NCBI GenBank assembly: GCA_913043225.1
Contig: CAJWLU010000002.1
Span: 160,001 to 224,000, forward strand
From: an uncultured Acidobacteriota bacterium
Lineage (GTDB): Bacteria > Acidobacteriota > Vicinamibacteria > Vicinamibacterales > UBA8438
Direction: 5' to 3'
Length of the DNA: 64,000 nt
Below, piece after piece: positions 40,089-50,129 of the stretch (position 1 is its first letter; every line of letters begins with the position of its first letter). Under the pieces are notes generated by a model that worked only from the letters and a program-made list of their open reading frames with translations, was not told the origin of the DNA and made no database searches. A program made the translations under genes and the position numbers.

Positions 40089-41819
40089 TTGTCAGACCAT
40101 CTCATTGCCCCGCATGGCGGGACGCTTGTCGATCTGTTCGTCGATTCGGAACGCTCTGCCGCGCTGAAGGCCGAGTCACGCGATTGGGCGTCGCACGACG
40201 TGACCGCACGTCAGCTGTGCGACCTGGAACTGTTGCTTGGCGGTGGCTTCTCGCCGCTGACGGGGTTCATGACCTCGGCTGACCATAGCGCCGTGTGCGC
40301 GGACATGCGGTTGGCCGACGGCACGCTCTGGCCGATGCCGATCACGCTCGATATCTCGGAGGCAATGGCGGAGAAGACTGAGGTCGGCGGCACGCTGGCC
40401 CTCCGTGACCCCGAGGGCGTCATGCTCGCGGTGCTACATGTGGAGGATCTCTGGCGTCCCGATCGGGAGGGGGAGGCTCAGGCGGTGTTCGGCACCGCCA
40501 ACCCCGAGCATCCCGGTGTGGCTCAGTTGCTCGAACGGACCCAGCCGGTCTACGTCGGCGGACGGATCGAAGGGCTGCAAGCCGTGTCGCACTATGACTA
40601 CAAGCGCCTGCGTCACACCCCGGCTGAGCTGCGGGAGGCGTTTGCCAGCCTGGGATGGGCCAAGGTGGTCGCCTTCCAGACCCGCAACCCGATGCACCGC
40701 GCACACCAGGAGTTGACTCTGCGCGCGGCGAAGGAGATCGAGGCCAACCTCCTGATTCACCCGGTGGTCGGAATGACCAAGCCGGGCGACGTAGATCACT
40801 ACACGCGCGTCCGTTGCTACCAGGCGCTCCTGCCGCGGTATCCTGAGGACACCGCGATGCTGTCGCTGCTGCCGCTGGCGATGCGGATGGGCGGACCTCG
40901 CGAAGCGGTGTGGCACGCGATCATCAGGAAGAACCACGGTTGTACCCACCTGATCGTCGGGCGCGACCACGCCGGACCAGGCAGCGACTCTGCCGGTAAT
41001 CCGTTCTACGGACCGTACGACGCCCAGGAACTGCTCAGCCAGCACGAAGAAGAGCTGGGCGTAGCCATGGTGCCTTTCAAGCTGATGGTCTATGTCGAGG
41101 ACGACGATGCCTACTCACCGATCGACGAGGTGCCCGAGGGGAAGCGCTCACTGAATCTCTCTGGAACCGAGCTTCGTGACCGGCTGGCGAAGGGAAAGGA
41201 CATTCCGTCGTGGTTCACCTTCCCGGCGGTGGCCGACGAGCTCAAGAAGAGCCACCCTCCTCGGCATCAACAGGGGTTCACGCTGCTCTTTACCGGTCTT
41301 TCCGGCTCCGGCAAATCCACCATCGCCAACGTGTTGCTGGTCAAGCTCCTCGAGATGGGTGGTCGCCCGGTGACGTTGCTCGACGGCGATCTGGTGCGTA
41401 AGAACCTGTCGTCCGAACTGGGCTTCTCCCGCGAGCACCGCGACATCAACATCCGTCGAATCGGTTATGTCGCCTCCGAAATCACCAAGCATGGAGGGAT
41501 CGCTGTGTGCGCGCCCATTGCGCCATACGACAGTGTTCGCAAGCAGGTACGGGCGATGATCGAGCCGATCGGCGGATTCATGGTGGTTCATATCGCCACC
41601 CCGCTCGAGGAATGCGAGAAGCGAGATCGGAAGGGGCTCTACGCCAAGGCGCGGGCCGGCATCATCAAGGAGTTCACCGGCATTTCGGATCCGTACGAGG
41701 AGCCGGAGGATGCGGAGATCGTCATCGACACGACGGAGTTCACGGCCGAAGAGGCGGCGCAGCAGATCGTGCTGCACCTCGAGAAAGAGGGCTTCGTCGC
41801 CGGTCGGCTGACCAAGTAG
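40089..41819 (+). CDS. sat: Bifunctional sulfate adenylyltransferase/adenylylsulfate kinase (Sat-CysC)
   Basis: TTG 40089 after GAGGAG; FQTRNPMHRAH, VGRDHAG, then TGLSGSGKST, LDGD, RDRKGLY, FTGISDPYE. Confidence 0.95.
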   Translation: MSDHLIAPHGGTLVDLFVDSERSAALKAESRDWASHDVTARQLCDLELLLGGGFSPLTGFMTSADHSAVCADMRLADGTLWPMPITLDISEAMAEKTEVGGTLALRDPEGVMLAVLHVEDLWRPDREGEAQAVFGTANPEHPGVAQLLERTQPVYVGGRIEGLQAVSHYDYKRLRHTPAELREAFASLGWAKVVAFQTRNPMHRAHQELTLRAAKEIEANLLIHPVVGMTKPGDVDHYTRVRCYQALLPRYPEDTAMLSLLPLAMRMGGPREAVWHAIIRKNHGCTHLIVGRDHAGPGSDSAGNPFYGPYDAQELLSQHEEELGVAMVPFKLMVYVEDDDAYSPIDEVPEGKRSLNLSGTELRDRLAKGKDIPSWFTFPAVADELKKSHPPRHQQGFTLLFTGLSGSGKSTIANVLLVKLLEMGGRPVTLLDGDLVRKNLSSELGFSREHRDINIRRIGYVASEITKHGGIAVCAPIAPYDSVRKQVRAMIEPIGGFMVVHIATPLEECEKRDRKGLYAKARAGIIKEFTGISDPYEEPEDAEIVIDTTEFTAEEAAQQIVLHLEKEGFVAGRLTK

Positions 41820-41838
41820 CTCGCGTCGCGAGGCGGAC

Positions 41839-42435
41839 ATGGACGGGAAGGGACGATTCACCCGGGCCGTCGAGCGGTTCGACGCGGCGAACGCGGACGA
41901 TCCCAACCACGAGACGGTCGATGGGGCAGACCAGCCCAAAGAGCTGGTCTACGCTCGTCGGATGACCGCTACGTTGGCGAGGTTCGCCCCGAACGCGTCA
42001 GAAATTGTCCGGCTGGCGGCCCGCAGCCAGCATATCCGTCGTTGGTCTGTGCCCCGTACCGACTACCCTAATGGGCGGGACGGCTACCGCCGATGGCGGA
42101 CACATCTTTACGGCGTGCACGCCGACACGGCCGCTACTATTCTGCGAGACGTAGGCTACGACGAGCCGACTGTGAGCCGCGTCGCCTCGCTTCTGCGCAA
42201 AGAGCGCCTCAAGGTCGACCCCGAGGTACAGCTGCTCGAAGACGTGGCATGCCTGGTGTTCCTGGAGCACTATCTATCTGACTTTGTGCCGAAACACGAC
42301 GAACAGAAGCTGACGGGGGTCTTGCAGAAGACCTGGCGCAAGATGTCGGCAGCCGGCCACGAGGCCGCGCTCGCGCTGGATTTTCCGTCTGAACTTCGAG
42401 CATTTCTCGCGCGCGCTGTCGGTCCTGTGCGTTGA
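41839..42435 (+). CDS. DUF4202-like protein
   Basis: DAANADDPN, PKELVY, ARSQHIRRW, EDVACLVFL, KTWRKMS. Confidence 0.8.
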   Translation: MDGKGRFTRAVERFDAANADDPNHETVDGADQPKELVYARRMTATLARFAPNASEIVRLAARSQHIRRWSVPRTDYPNGRDGYRRWRTHLYGVHADTAATILRDVGYDEPTVSRVASLLRKERLKVDPEVQLLEDVACLVFLEHYLSDFVPKHDEQKLTGVLQKTWRKMSAAGHEAALALDFPSELRAFLARAVGPVR

Positions 42436-42594
42436 GCGGACCGGCAGCCTTTCCTCCGGCGACTCAATCTCACACAGTGCTACCGATAGGAGGGCCCGCG
42501 TAGCCACGTCCAGTGTCACGCCGCCACTCCATCGCAAGGCCATGTCTGACAGCTCGGATCATATGACCCGGGGTCGTGCGATCATCGAGTGAGG

Positions 42595-43020
42595 ATGGCG
42601 CTTGTCAAGCTGTCGGAGACGGTCGCGGTCGAGGAGCATGAGCTCGAGGAACGCTTCGTTCGCGCGTCGGGTCCCGGTGGCCAGAATGTGAACAAGGTGG
42701 CGACGGCTGTCGAATTGCGCTTCGACGTCGCCGGATCGTCGCTCGACCCAGGCGTCAAGGTGCGGCTCGAAGAGGCGGCCGGCACCCGGATGACTTCCGA
42801 CGGGGTGCTGGTGATCGACAGCCGTGAGCATCGGACCCAGGCGCAGAATCGCATCGCCGCCCGACGTCGTCTGGCCCGCTTTCTCGAAGAGGCCGCCCGT
42901 CCCCCGAAGACGCGCCGGCCGACTCGGCCGAGCCGAGCCTCTCGCGAGCAACGGCTCAACGACAAGCGGCGTCGCGCGCAGGTCAAGACCGGTCGCGGCC
43001 GGCCCGCACGGGACGACTGA
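42595..43020 (+). CDS. arfB: Alternative ribosome-rescue peptidyl-tRNA hydrolase
   Basis: RASGPGGQNVNKV, basic C-tail (RRPTRPSRAS..RL..KR). Confidence 0.93.
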   Translation: MALVKLSETVAVEEHELEERFVRASGPGGQNVNKVATAVELRFDVAGSSLDPGVKVRLEEAAGTRMTSDGVLVIDSREHRTQAQNRIAARRRLARFLEEAARPPKTRRPTRPSRASREQRLNDKRRRAQVKTGRGRPARDD

Positions 43021-43025
43021 GTCAC

Positions 43026-43964
43026 TCAGGTCGCGCTGCCGGTATCCGGTTCGGAGCGGCTCCACCAGGCGGCCGCAAGGCTCCCGATTAGCGAATGACA
43101 GACCGTGGAGATGGCGCTGGGCACGGCCACCAGCGGGTTGGTGAAGTTGCCCCGTGCCAGGACCACTCCAAGCCCTGAGTTCTGCATGCCCACCTCGATT
43201 GCGACGGTTCGCGCCGCGTTCTCCCGTCGCAGCATCGCCTTCCCAGCCAGATAGCCGAACACGAAGCCGAGTGCGTGCAGGAGGAAGATCGCCAGCAGCA
43301 GCCGGCCGCCGGCATCGAAGATCTGTTCGCGGCTCGCGCCGATCACCGAGGCGACGATGAGCGTGATCGCCAGCACCGCCACCAGCGGCGCAGCTGGGAG
43401 CACTGGGGCGATGAGACGGGGGAACTTCCACTTCAACAGTGCCCCGCCAGCCACCGGGAGGATCACTACCTGCACGGTGTCCAGGAAGAGGCCCAGCGCC
43501 GACACTTCGATCCGGTTACCGGCCAGCAGCGCAGTCAGGGTCGGCGTCATCAGCGCGGCGAGCAGGGTCGAGAGTGCGGTCATCGTCACTGACAGCGCCA
43601 CGTCTGCCTTGGCGAGATAGGAGATGACGTTCGAGGCCGTGCCTCCGGGACAACAGGAGACCAGGACGAGACCAACGGCGAACGGCGTCGGCAACGCCAG
43701 GAGATACCCGATGCTCCAGCCGAGCGCCGGCATGACGGTGTATTGCAGCAACACGCCGGGCAGCACCCGCCCCCGCTCCCGGGCGACCCGGCGGAAGTCG
43801 TCGAATCCTAGAGTCATCCCCATGCTGAGCATGATCACGCCCAGTCCCAGCGTGATGAGCGGCCCGCTAAACCAGGTGAACAGTTCAGGACGGACCAGCG
43901 CGAGGACACTGCAGACCAGCACCCAGACTGGGAACGCCGAGGTCAACAGGGAGACAATGCGCAA
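43026..43964 (-). CDS. Bile acid:sodium symporter (BASS) family transporter
   Basis: QYTVMP, CCPGGTASNV, ALSVTMT, IEVGMQNSGLG. Confidence 0.92.
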   Translation of the reverse strand: MRIVSLLTSAFPVWVLVCSVLALVRPELFTWFSGPLITLGLGVIMLSMGMTLGFDDFRRVARERGRVLPGVLLQYTVMPALGWSIGYLLALPTPFAVGLVLVSCCPGGTASNVISYLAKADVALSVTMTALSTLLAALMTPTLTALLAGNRIEVSALGLFLDTVQVVILPVAGGALLKWKFPRLIAPVLPAAPLVAVLAITLIVASVIGASREQIFDAGGRLLLAIFLLHALGFVFGYLAGKAMLRRENAARTVAIEVGMQNSGLGVVLARGNFTNPLVAVPSAISTVCHSLIGSLAAAWWSRSEPDTGSAT

Positions 43965-44005
43965 GACCGGCGCATTGTACGCCGAGCCATTCCGAGAGGA
44001 TTGAG

Positions 44006-44809
44006 ATGAGCTTTCAGATTGATCTGCTGGCCGGACGTTCGGCGCTGGTGACCGGCGGCGGCACTGGTATCTGTCGCGGGATCGCGCTCGCGCTGGCGCG
44101 TCACGGCTGCGACGTCGCCATTACCAGTCGGTCGGCCGATCACCTCGAGCCGACTGCGGAAGAGGTCCGTGCCACTGGACGACGTGGGCTGGCCGTGGTC
44201 GCTGATGTTCGTGACCCGGCCGCGGTTGAGGCGGCGGTGGAGCAGACCGTGGCCGATTTGGGCCGGCTAGACATCCTGGTGAACGGCGCGGCAGGCAACT
44301 TCCTCTGCCTGGCCGAGCAGCTCTCACCGAACGGTTTCGGTACGGTCGTCGACATCGACCTCAAGGGCACCTTCCATTGTTCGAAGGCGGCGCTGCCCCA
44401 TCTCAAGCGGCATCGTGGTACGGTGCTCAACATCAGTGCCACCCTGCATTACGTGGGGACGCCAGCCCAACTCCATGTGTCGTCGGCCAAGGCGGGCGTC
44501 GATGCACTGACCCGGGTCCTGGCCGTAGAGTGGGGGCCCTACGGGATCCGGGTGAACGGGATCGCGCCAGGACCGATCGCCGATACCGAAGGGGTGCGCC
44601 GGCTGCTCGATGAGGCGTCGACACGCCGAGCCACAGAGGCCACGCCGCTGCGGCGGTTGGGCTTGATTGATGATGTCGCCGCGGCGTCGCTGTTTCTCTG
44701 TTCCGAGGCGGCTTCATATGTGACCGGGCACACGCTGGTCGTCGATGGAGGATTGTGGCTGAGCGCGGGGAGGAGCCCGTTCGCGGAGCCCCCTGGTCAG
44801 GAGCAGTGA
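44006..44809 (+). CDS. SDR oxidoreductase, 2,4-dienoyl-CoA reductase-like
   Basis: TGGGTGI, NGAAGNF, HVSSAKAG, EWGPYGIRVNGIAPG. Confidence 0.9.
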   Translation: MSFQIDLLAGRSALVTGGGTGICRGIALALARHGCDVAITSRSADHLEPTAEEVRATGRRGLAVVADVRDPAAVEAAVEQTVADLGRLDILVNGAAGNFLCLAEQLSPNGFGTVVDIDLKGTFHCSKAALPHLKRHRGTVLNISATLHYVGTPAQLHVSSAKAGVDALTRVLAVEWGPYGIRVNGIAPGPIADTEGVRRLLDEASTRRATEATPLRRLGLIDDVAAASLFLCSEAASYVTGHTLVVDGGLWLSAGRSPFAEPPGQEQ

Positions 44810-45261
44810 TGGGTAAGACACTGACGATCGTCGGAATTGCGCTGGGCATCTGGACACTACCAGTCTCGGCCGAGGAACAGACTACCCAATCGGCCCAAGA
44901 TGTGCTGATCGAACTGGAGCGCGGCTGGAACGATGCGGTCTACCGACAAGACGCGGACTTCGTCGACAACCTGCTGGCCGAGGAGTTCGTGGTCACCTAC
45001 GACGACGGGACGCGCGCCGATCGCAGCCACGAACTCCAGCTAATTACGGAGTTCAATCAAGCGGTCGAGTCGGCCACCCAGGAGAACTTCACGGTCCGGA
45101 TCTACGGGGAGACCGCCGTGGTTTGGTTCACCTTGCGGTTGGCTGGTTATCGTCAGGGCGAGCTGATCGAGATTCTGCTCAACTATACGGACGTCTGGGT
45201 GATGCGAGACGGACGGTGGCAGTGTGTGTCGTCTCAGAGTACTCGCGTCCGAGAACCGTAG
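44809..45261 (+). CDS. Exported NTF2-like (DUF4440-type) protein
   Basis: Signal peptide; LAEEF, VRIYGETAVV, YTDVWVMRDGRWQCV. Confidence 0.8.
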   Translation: MGKTLTIVGIALGIWTLPVSAEEQTTQSAQDVLIELERGWNDAVYRQDADFVDNLLAEEFVVTYDDGTRADRSHELQLITEFNQAVESATQENFTVRIYGETAVVWFTLRLAGYRQGELIEILLNYTDVWVMRDGRWQCVSSQSTRVREP

Positions 45262-45641
45262 CTGACGAAAGAAGACATAACTGGCCGAGCGAGCACGAGC
45301 ATGGCGAACGGGAGCACCGGTGAAGCTGTCTAGCGAGCTGCCGTGGTGGTGGTCGTTGTTCTCGAATCTGGCCGACTATCAGGAAGAGGCGTCGCTTGAG
45401 GGCGACTGATTGCTGGAAACGGACGGTGTAAAGGTTCCAACCGGTTGAATGGTCCGTATACTGGTCAGCCTGAGGATGCTACCGCCGGCGATGACCCCTC
45501 CGTCCTGGTGGGGGGCGTTTCTTCGCCTCGACCGCACCTAAGCGCATCAGGGGGTCGACCATGCAGGGTCGTCGCTGGGAGCATGCTGATGGCATGTGAC
45601 CGAGGACGCAACGCCGCCAGCGGTTTGTCTCGCGTGTCGGT

Positions 45642-46085
45642 CTAAACGCGATAGTAGTCGCCCTGCCAGTCCTGGATCTCTCTCTTGATTGACGTGGCTG
45701 AGGTGATCTGCTCGTCGAGCACCTTCCGCGCCAGGTCTGGCAACTCGGCATCGCCAGCGAAGCGGAGTCCTACCATTTGTTGAGGGGTGAACTGGTCGAT
45801 CCGGCCTTGCAGATCGTGAGGGAGCAGCTCCTTCATCCGTAGCCGCATCTCGAGTCTGATGACCCGGTCTTGGGCGCCGAGGGCGAAGAGGCGGGCGTAG
45901 AGCCAGGTGATCACGAGAGCCACCCCCATCAGGGCGTTCAGAACGGCATCAAAGGTCCAGATGCCCACCATGCTATAGAGGGCCCACACCGCGTTGACCA
46001 GAAGGATCGGCGATGCGATGAAGTGATACGCCGGTACCCACTTGGTGTGGTTGCCAAAGTCTTGTCCAGAGGAAGCGTCGGCCAT
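45642..46085 (-). CDS. Membrane protein, DUF6526-like
   Basis: ATG 46085 with GGAG RBS; two TM helices; QDRVIRLEMRLR, GLRFAGDAEL, IKREIQDWQGDYYRV. Confidence 0.7.
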   Translation of the reverse strand: MADASSGQDFGNHTKWVPAYHFIASPILLVNAVWALYSMVGIWTFDAVLNALMGVALVITWLYARLFALGAQDRVIRLEMRLRMKELLPHDLQGRIDQFTPQQMVGLRFAGDAELPDLARKVLDEQITSATSIKREIQDWQGDYYRV

Positions 46086-46194
46086 TGGTTCTCCTTGGTC
46101 ATCTACCCCGCAGCGGCGGGACCCACCCAGTATGATCAGTCTGCTGCCACTATAGTGCAGCCGTATCGACACTTGTTGAACAGGGAGGGTTAAG

Positions 46195-46524
46195 GTGAGT
46201 GACCTGGCGTCGAAGGAATGTGTTCCATGCCGCGGCGGCGTGCCGCCGCTCACAGGTGACGAACTGGTCACCTATCACGCCCAGCTTGGAGGAGGTTGGC
46301 AGGTGGTGGAAGACCACCATCTGGAGAAGACCTACGAGTTCGACGACTTTCGCCAGGCGCTCGACTACACGAACAAGGTGGGCGAGATGGCTGAAGAGCA
46401 GGGCCATCATCCGGACATCTACCTGGCCTGGGGAGTGGTGAAGGTGACGATCTGGACCCACAAGATCGACGGGCTCACCGAGAGTGACTTCGTTTTCGCC
46501 GCCAAGTGTGACACGTTGCGTTAG
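46195..46524 (+). CDS. 4a-hydroxytetrahydrobiopterin dehydratase (pterin-4a-carbinolamine dehydratase)
   Basis: CVPCRGG, AEEQGHHPDI, WTHKIDGLTESDF. Confidence 0.92.
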   Translation: MSDLASKECVPCRGGVPPLTGDELVTYHAQLGGGWQVVEDHHLEKTYEFDDFRQALDYTNKVGEMAEEQGHHPDIYLAWGVVKVTIWTHKIDGLTESDFVFAAKCDTLR

Positions 46525-46539
46525 CGCCGGGGCGCTCGG

Positions 46540-46974
46540 TCAGGTCCAATCGACGGGATCGCCCACGGTGATCGCTCCGTCGTCAAGCGCCTGTGCGAAT
46601 ACGCCGCCCCGCCATCCAGGGGCCAGGGCCGCCTGGAGGCCGGGAGCAGCCTCATCCATGAGTGCGCATGGCCGGGTTTCCCCCCTGATGCGCAGCCGGC
46701 ATTCCCCTATCCGCAGCACCACCCCTCGAGTGTGAGCCAGCCGCACGCCTGATACCAGGAGGTTAGCGCGGCGGAGAGAGGCGTCGAGAGGGATTGCCAT
46801 CGCCTCGACCACTTCGTCCCAGGTAGCGGTGTCGAGCAACGTTACCTGCCGCCATCCACCCTGGTCGGCGTTACCCACGATGCCGAGGCCTGCTTGGAGC
46901 TCTACCCTCGCGGCCTCGTCCATCGGTCCCCGCCGCGTCCGTTTGACCCAGATGCTCTCCAGACGCCCGCCCAT
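46540..46974 (-). CDS. MOSC domain protein
   Basis: RQVTL, RRANLLVSG, ETRPCALM, RGGVFAQ, ITVGD. Confidence 0.85.
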   Translation of the reverse strand: MGGRLESIWVKRTRRGPMDEAARVELQAGLGIVGNADQGGWRQVTLLDTATWDEVVEAMAIPLDASLRRANLLVSGVRLAHTRGVVLRIGECRLRIRGETRPCALMDEAAPGLQAALAPGWRGGVFAQALDDGAITVGDPVDWT

Positions 46975-47040
46975 AATCGCTCCCAGCGCTTCTCCCAGGC
47001 CACCGGGCCGTGGGACCTCCAATGATAAGATCACCAGTTC

Positions 47041-48144
47041 ATGAGTACGGAGAGTGCGGTGACCGACGGTAGAGCAACAGAGGCGCGGACAGGGCTTGAT
47101 GCGTGGGTGCGCGAGATCATCGAGTGGCACTTCAATCCTGATACCGGGTGCCCGTTCTGGCTTGATTGGGCACAGCAGGCGGGTTGGGATCCGCGGAGAG
47201 AGGTCGGCGGGTTCGGCGACCTCTGCAAGTTCCCCCATTTTGAGGACGAGTGGCTGCGCGGGGGGCCCGTGCGTCGCTGGGTGCCGAAAGCCTACGCCGA
47301 CCGCCCAGCGTTCGTCTTCGAGACGGGCGGCACCACCGGAATCCCGAAGAGCCGGGTGGCCCAGGAAGACTTCCGGATCGACTACGAGCTGTTTTCAGAC
47401 ACGCTTCCGGAAAAGTGTTTCCCGCGCGGTAGCAACTGGCTGATGTTGGGGCCCAGCGGTCCTCGTCGGTTGCGGCTCGCGGTCGAGCACTTGGCACAGC
47501 ACCGTGGCGGCATCTGCTTCTGTGTCGACCTTGATCCTCGCTGGGTCATCAAGCTCATCAAGAAGGGCTGGCACGAGCACCTCAAGGCCTACCAGGACCA
47601 TGTGATCGACCAGGCTGTCACCGTGCTGTCGGCCGGACACGACATCAAGTGCATGTTCTCGACGCCGAAGCTGCTCGAAGCGCTGGCTAACCGCTTGGAG
47701 GAGAACGGGTCGAGCCTCAAGGAGACTGGCATCCAGGGCATCTTCGCCGGCGGCACGGAGTTCACGCCGCAGTGGAATCGGTTCGCCCACGAAGAGTTGC
47801 TGGACGGTATCTACATGACCCCAACCTACGGGAACACCCTGATGGGCCTGGCGGCGAGCCCGCCGAGTGGACCCGAGAACGGCTACAAGATCACCTACTA
47901 CGCCCCGCAGCCGAGAGCGGTCATCCAGGTGGTAGACCCTGACGATGCCGAGAAGGTGGTTGGGTACGGGGAGACCGGGCGGGTGATGTTAACCACGCTG
48001 ACCAAGGAGTTCTTCGTTCCTCGGTTCCAGGAGCGGGACGAGGGCGAGCGAGAGCCACCCTGCGAGCAGTACCCCTGGGATGGCGTGAGTGGGGTCAGAC
48101 CGTTCAGTCGGCTGGCCTCGGCAACTACGGTCGGTGTCTACTAG
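47041..48144 (+). CDS. Adenylate-forming protein, GriC/EhpF (PaaK/LuxE-like) type
   Basis: FETGGTTGIPK P-loop, DLDPRWV, GGT, YGNT, GRVMLTTL, ERDE. Confidence 0.75.
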   Translation: MSTESAVTDGRATEARTGLDAWVREIIEWHFNPDTGCPFWLDWAQQAGWDPRREVGGFGDLCKFPHFEDEWLRGGPVRRWVPKAYADRPAFVFETGGTTGIPKSRVAQEDFRIDYELFSDTLPEKCFPRGSNWLMLGPSGPRRLRLAVEHLAQHRGGICFCVDLDPRWVIKLIKKGWHEHLKAYQDHVIDQAVTVLSAGHDIKCMFSTPKLLEALANRLEENGSSLKETGIQGIFAGGTEFTPQWNRFAHEELLDGIYMTPTYGNTLMGLAASPPSGPENGYKITYYAPQPRAVIQVVDPDDAEKVVGYGETGRVMLTTLTKEFFVPRFQERDEGEREPPCEQYPWDGVSGVRPFSRLASATTVGVY

Positions 48145-48194
48145 GGACCTTGACGGTGAGAGCGGAGTTAAAGAGAGGACAGGCAGCGGTGAGG

Positions 48195-48683
48195 ATGAGT
48201 GACAGAACGCGCTGGTGGATGACGGCGATGGCCGTTGTGATGATAGGAGCGGTGGCGTGCGGAGGTGGCGGTGAAGAGCCGATGCCGGCCGAAGATCCGA
48301 TGGAGGATGCTCCTGGTCCCGCCGAGGATCGGTCCTCGATGACCCCGAGCGTCGGCTTCGTGTCGCCTACTGACGGCGCGAACGTTTCGAGCCCAGTCTC
48401 GATGGAGTTCATCGTCTCGAATTACAACGTCTCTCCGGTGCCGCAGGAGGTGGAGACACCACGGCAAGGTATGGGGCATCACCACGTGGGCATCGACACC
48501 GAGTGTCTCCCGGTTGGGGAGGTCGTGCCACAGGGTGACCCCTGGGTGCACTTCGGCGACGGGTCTACGACGTTCGAGACGATGCTGGAGCCAGGCGAGC
48601 ACACCCTGACCCTGCAGTTGGGTGACGACGAGCATCGCACCCAAGAAGGCTTGTGCACGACCGTCACCATAACCGTCGAGTAG
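48195..48683 (+). CDS. DUF4399-type lipoprotein
   Basis: Lipobox AVAC; FVSPTDGA, GHHHV.ID, HFGDG, LEPGEHTLTLQLGD..H. Confidence 0.8.
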   Translation: MSDRTRWWMTAMAVVMIGAVACGGGGEEPMPAEDPMEDAPGPAEDRSSMTPSVGFVSPTDGANVSSPVSMEFIVSNYNVSPVPQEVETPRQGMGHHHVGIDTECLPVGEVVPQGDPWVHFGDGSTTFETMLEPGEHTLTLQLGDDEHRTQEGLCTTVTITVE

Positions 48684-48693
48684 GAGTCGCGCC

Positions 48694-50118
48694 GTGATTC
48701 ATTTTCCAGTCCTTCGGTGGGGTGAGCCCTATCAGAGTCTTGAAACGACCGAGGTGTGCCACTTTTCGACCGGCGAGCCGGTGGCCGCGGTCAGTCAGGC
48801 CAATCCCGGGATCGTGGCTCGCGATCTCCGGAAAGGGTCTGAACGGGCGCGCGACGTGCTTAGGGAGATTCCCTGCGCGGATCTGCTCGCCATGGTCAAG
48901 AAGGGCGGCGAGCTGTTCAAGACGGCCGATCTCCCGCTGGGCGACGGCGTGCAGACTCCGGACGACTTTGTCCGTCAGCAGTCGGCGACCACCGGGCTGC
49001 CCGAGCACATGTGTCGGATGAACATGGGTAAGCTGGAGTACGTCCTGAGTCATCTGGATAAGGTGCTGACTTCGCTGACTCGAAAGCTCGACTACGACAT
49101 CCTGACCCGCGGCTATGGCGAAGAAGACGGTGTCATGCGCAGTTACCAGGCGACCACGCCAGTGTTGGGCATGGTGCTGCCGTCGAACTCCCCAGGGGTG
49201 CACAGCCTGTGGCTCCCGATCATCCCGTTGCAGATCGGATTGGTACTGAAGCCTGGTCCCCAAGAGCCGTGGACTCCTTGGCGCATGGCCCAGGCGTTCT
49301 TCCAAGCGGGTATTCCCAAGGAAGCGATCGCGCTCTATCCGGGTATGGGCGAAGTGGGTGCGGCGGTTCTCAACAATACCCATCGCAGCCTGATCTTCGG
49401 CGGCACCGCGACGGTCGAACAGTACGCCGGAAACCCGGGCGTCCAGGTCCATGGCCCGGGCTTCAGTAAGATCCTGATCGGCGACGACGTGGTCGACAAC
49501 TGGGAGCGGCATCTCGATCTCATGGTCGACAGTGTCCTCACCAACAGCGGGCGGGGTTGCATAAATTGTTCGGGCATCTGGGCGTCCCGTCACACCCGGG
49601 AGATTGCCCAAGCGGTGGCGGAGCGGATCGGGCCGATAGCGCCGTTGCCACCCGAGGACCCGGAGGCCGCGCTGGCGGCGTTCACGGTTCCGGGCCAGGC
49701 GGCTGCTATCTCAGGAGACATCGACAGCGCCTTAAAGGAGGACGGTGTCGAAGAGATTTCGGAGAAGTTCCAAGACGGTGGACGACTCGTGTCCCAGGAG
49801 CACTGCGATTACATCCGCCCAACGGTCATGCACTGCGCCTCTCCTGAGGTGGCGATGTCGAAGAAGGAGTACATGTACCCCTTCGTGACGGTGGTCGAGT
49901 GCCCGCAAGAACAGATGATCAAGGCCATCGGGACCACGCTGGTCGCGACTGGGCTGACCGAAGACCCCTCGTTTACCCGAGCGTTGCTTGATGCCCGCAA
50001 CATCGACCGGTTGAACATTGGTCCGGTGCCAACCATTAAGCTCAATTGGCTGCAGCCTCACGAGGGCAATATCGTCGACTTTCTCTTTCGCCCGCGCGCG
50101 TTCCAGCAGGCCGGGTAA
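48694..50118 (+). CDS. Aldehyde dehydrogenase-fold reductase, GriD/LuxC-like
   Basis: LPSNSPGVH, LKPG..EPWT, HGPGFSK, catalytic NSGRGCINCS, EYMYPF. Confidence 0.75.
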   Translation: MIHFPVLRWGEPYQSLETTEVCHFSTGEPVAAVSQANPGIVARDLRKGSERARDVLREIPCADLLAMVKKGGELFKTADLPLGDGVQTPDDFVRQQSATTGLPEHMCRMNMGKLEYVLSHLDKVLTSLTRKLDYDILTRGYGEEDGVMRSYQATTPVLGMVLPSNSPGVHSLWLPIIPLQIGLVLKPGPQEPWTPWRMAQAFFQAGIPKEAIALYPGMGEVGAAVLNNTHRSLIFGGTATVEQYAGNPGVQVHGPGFSKILIGDDVVDNWERHLDLMVDSVLTNSGRGCINCSGIWASRHTREIAQAVAERIGPIAPLPPEDPEAALAAFTVPGQAAAISGDIDSALKEDGVEEISEKFQDGGRLVSQEHCDYIRPTVMHCASPEVAMSKKEYMYPFVTVVECPQEQMIKAIGTTLVATGLTEDPSFTRALLDARNIDRLNIGPVPTIKLNWLQPHEGNIVDFLFRPRAFQQAG

Positions 50119-50129
50119 AGGTAACGACC

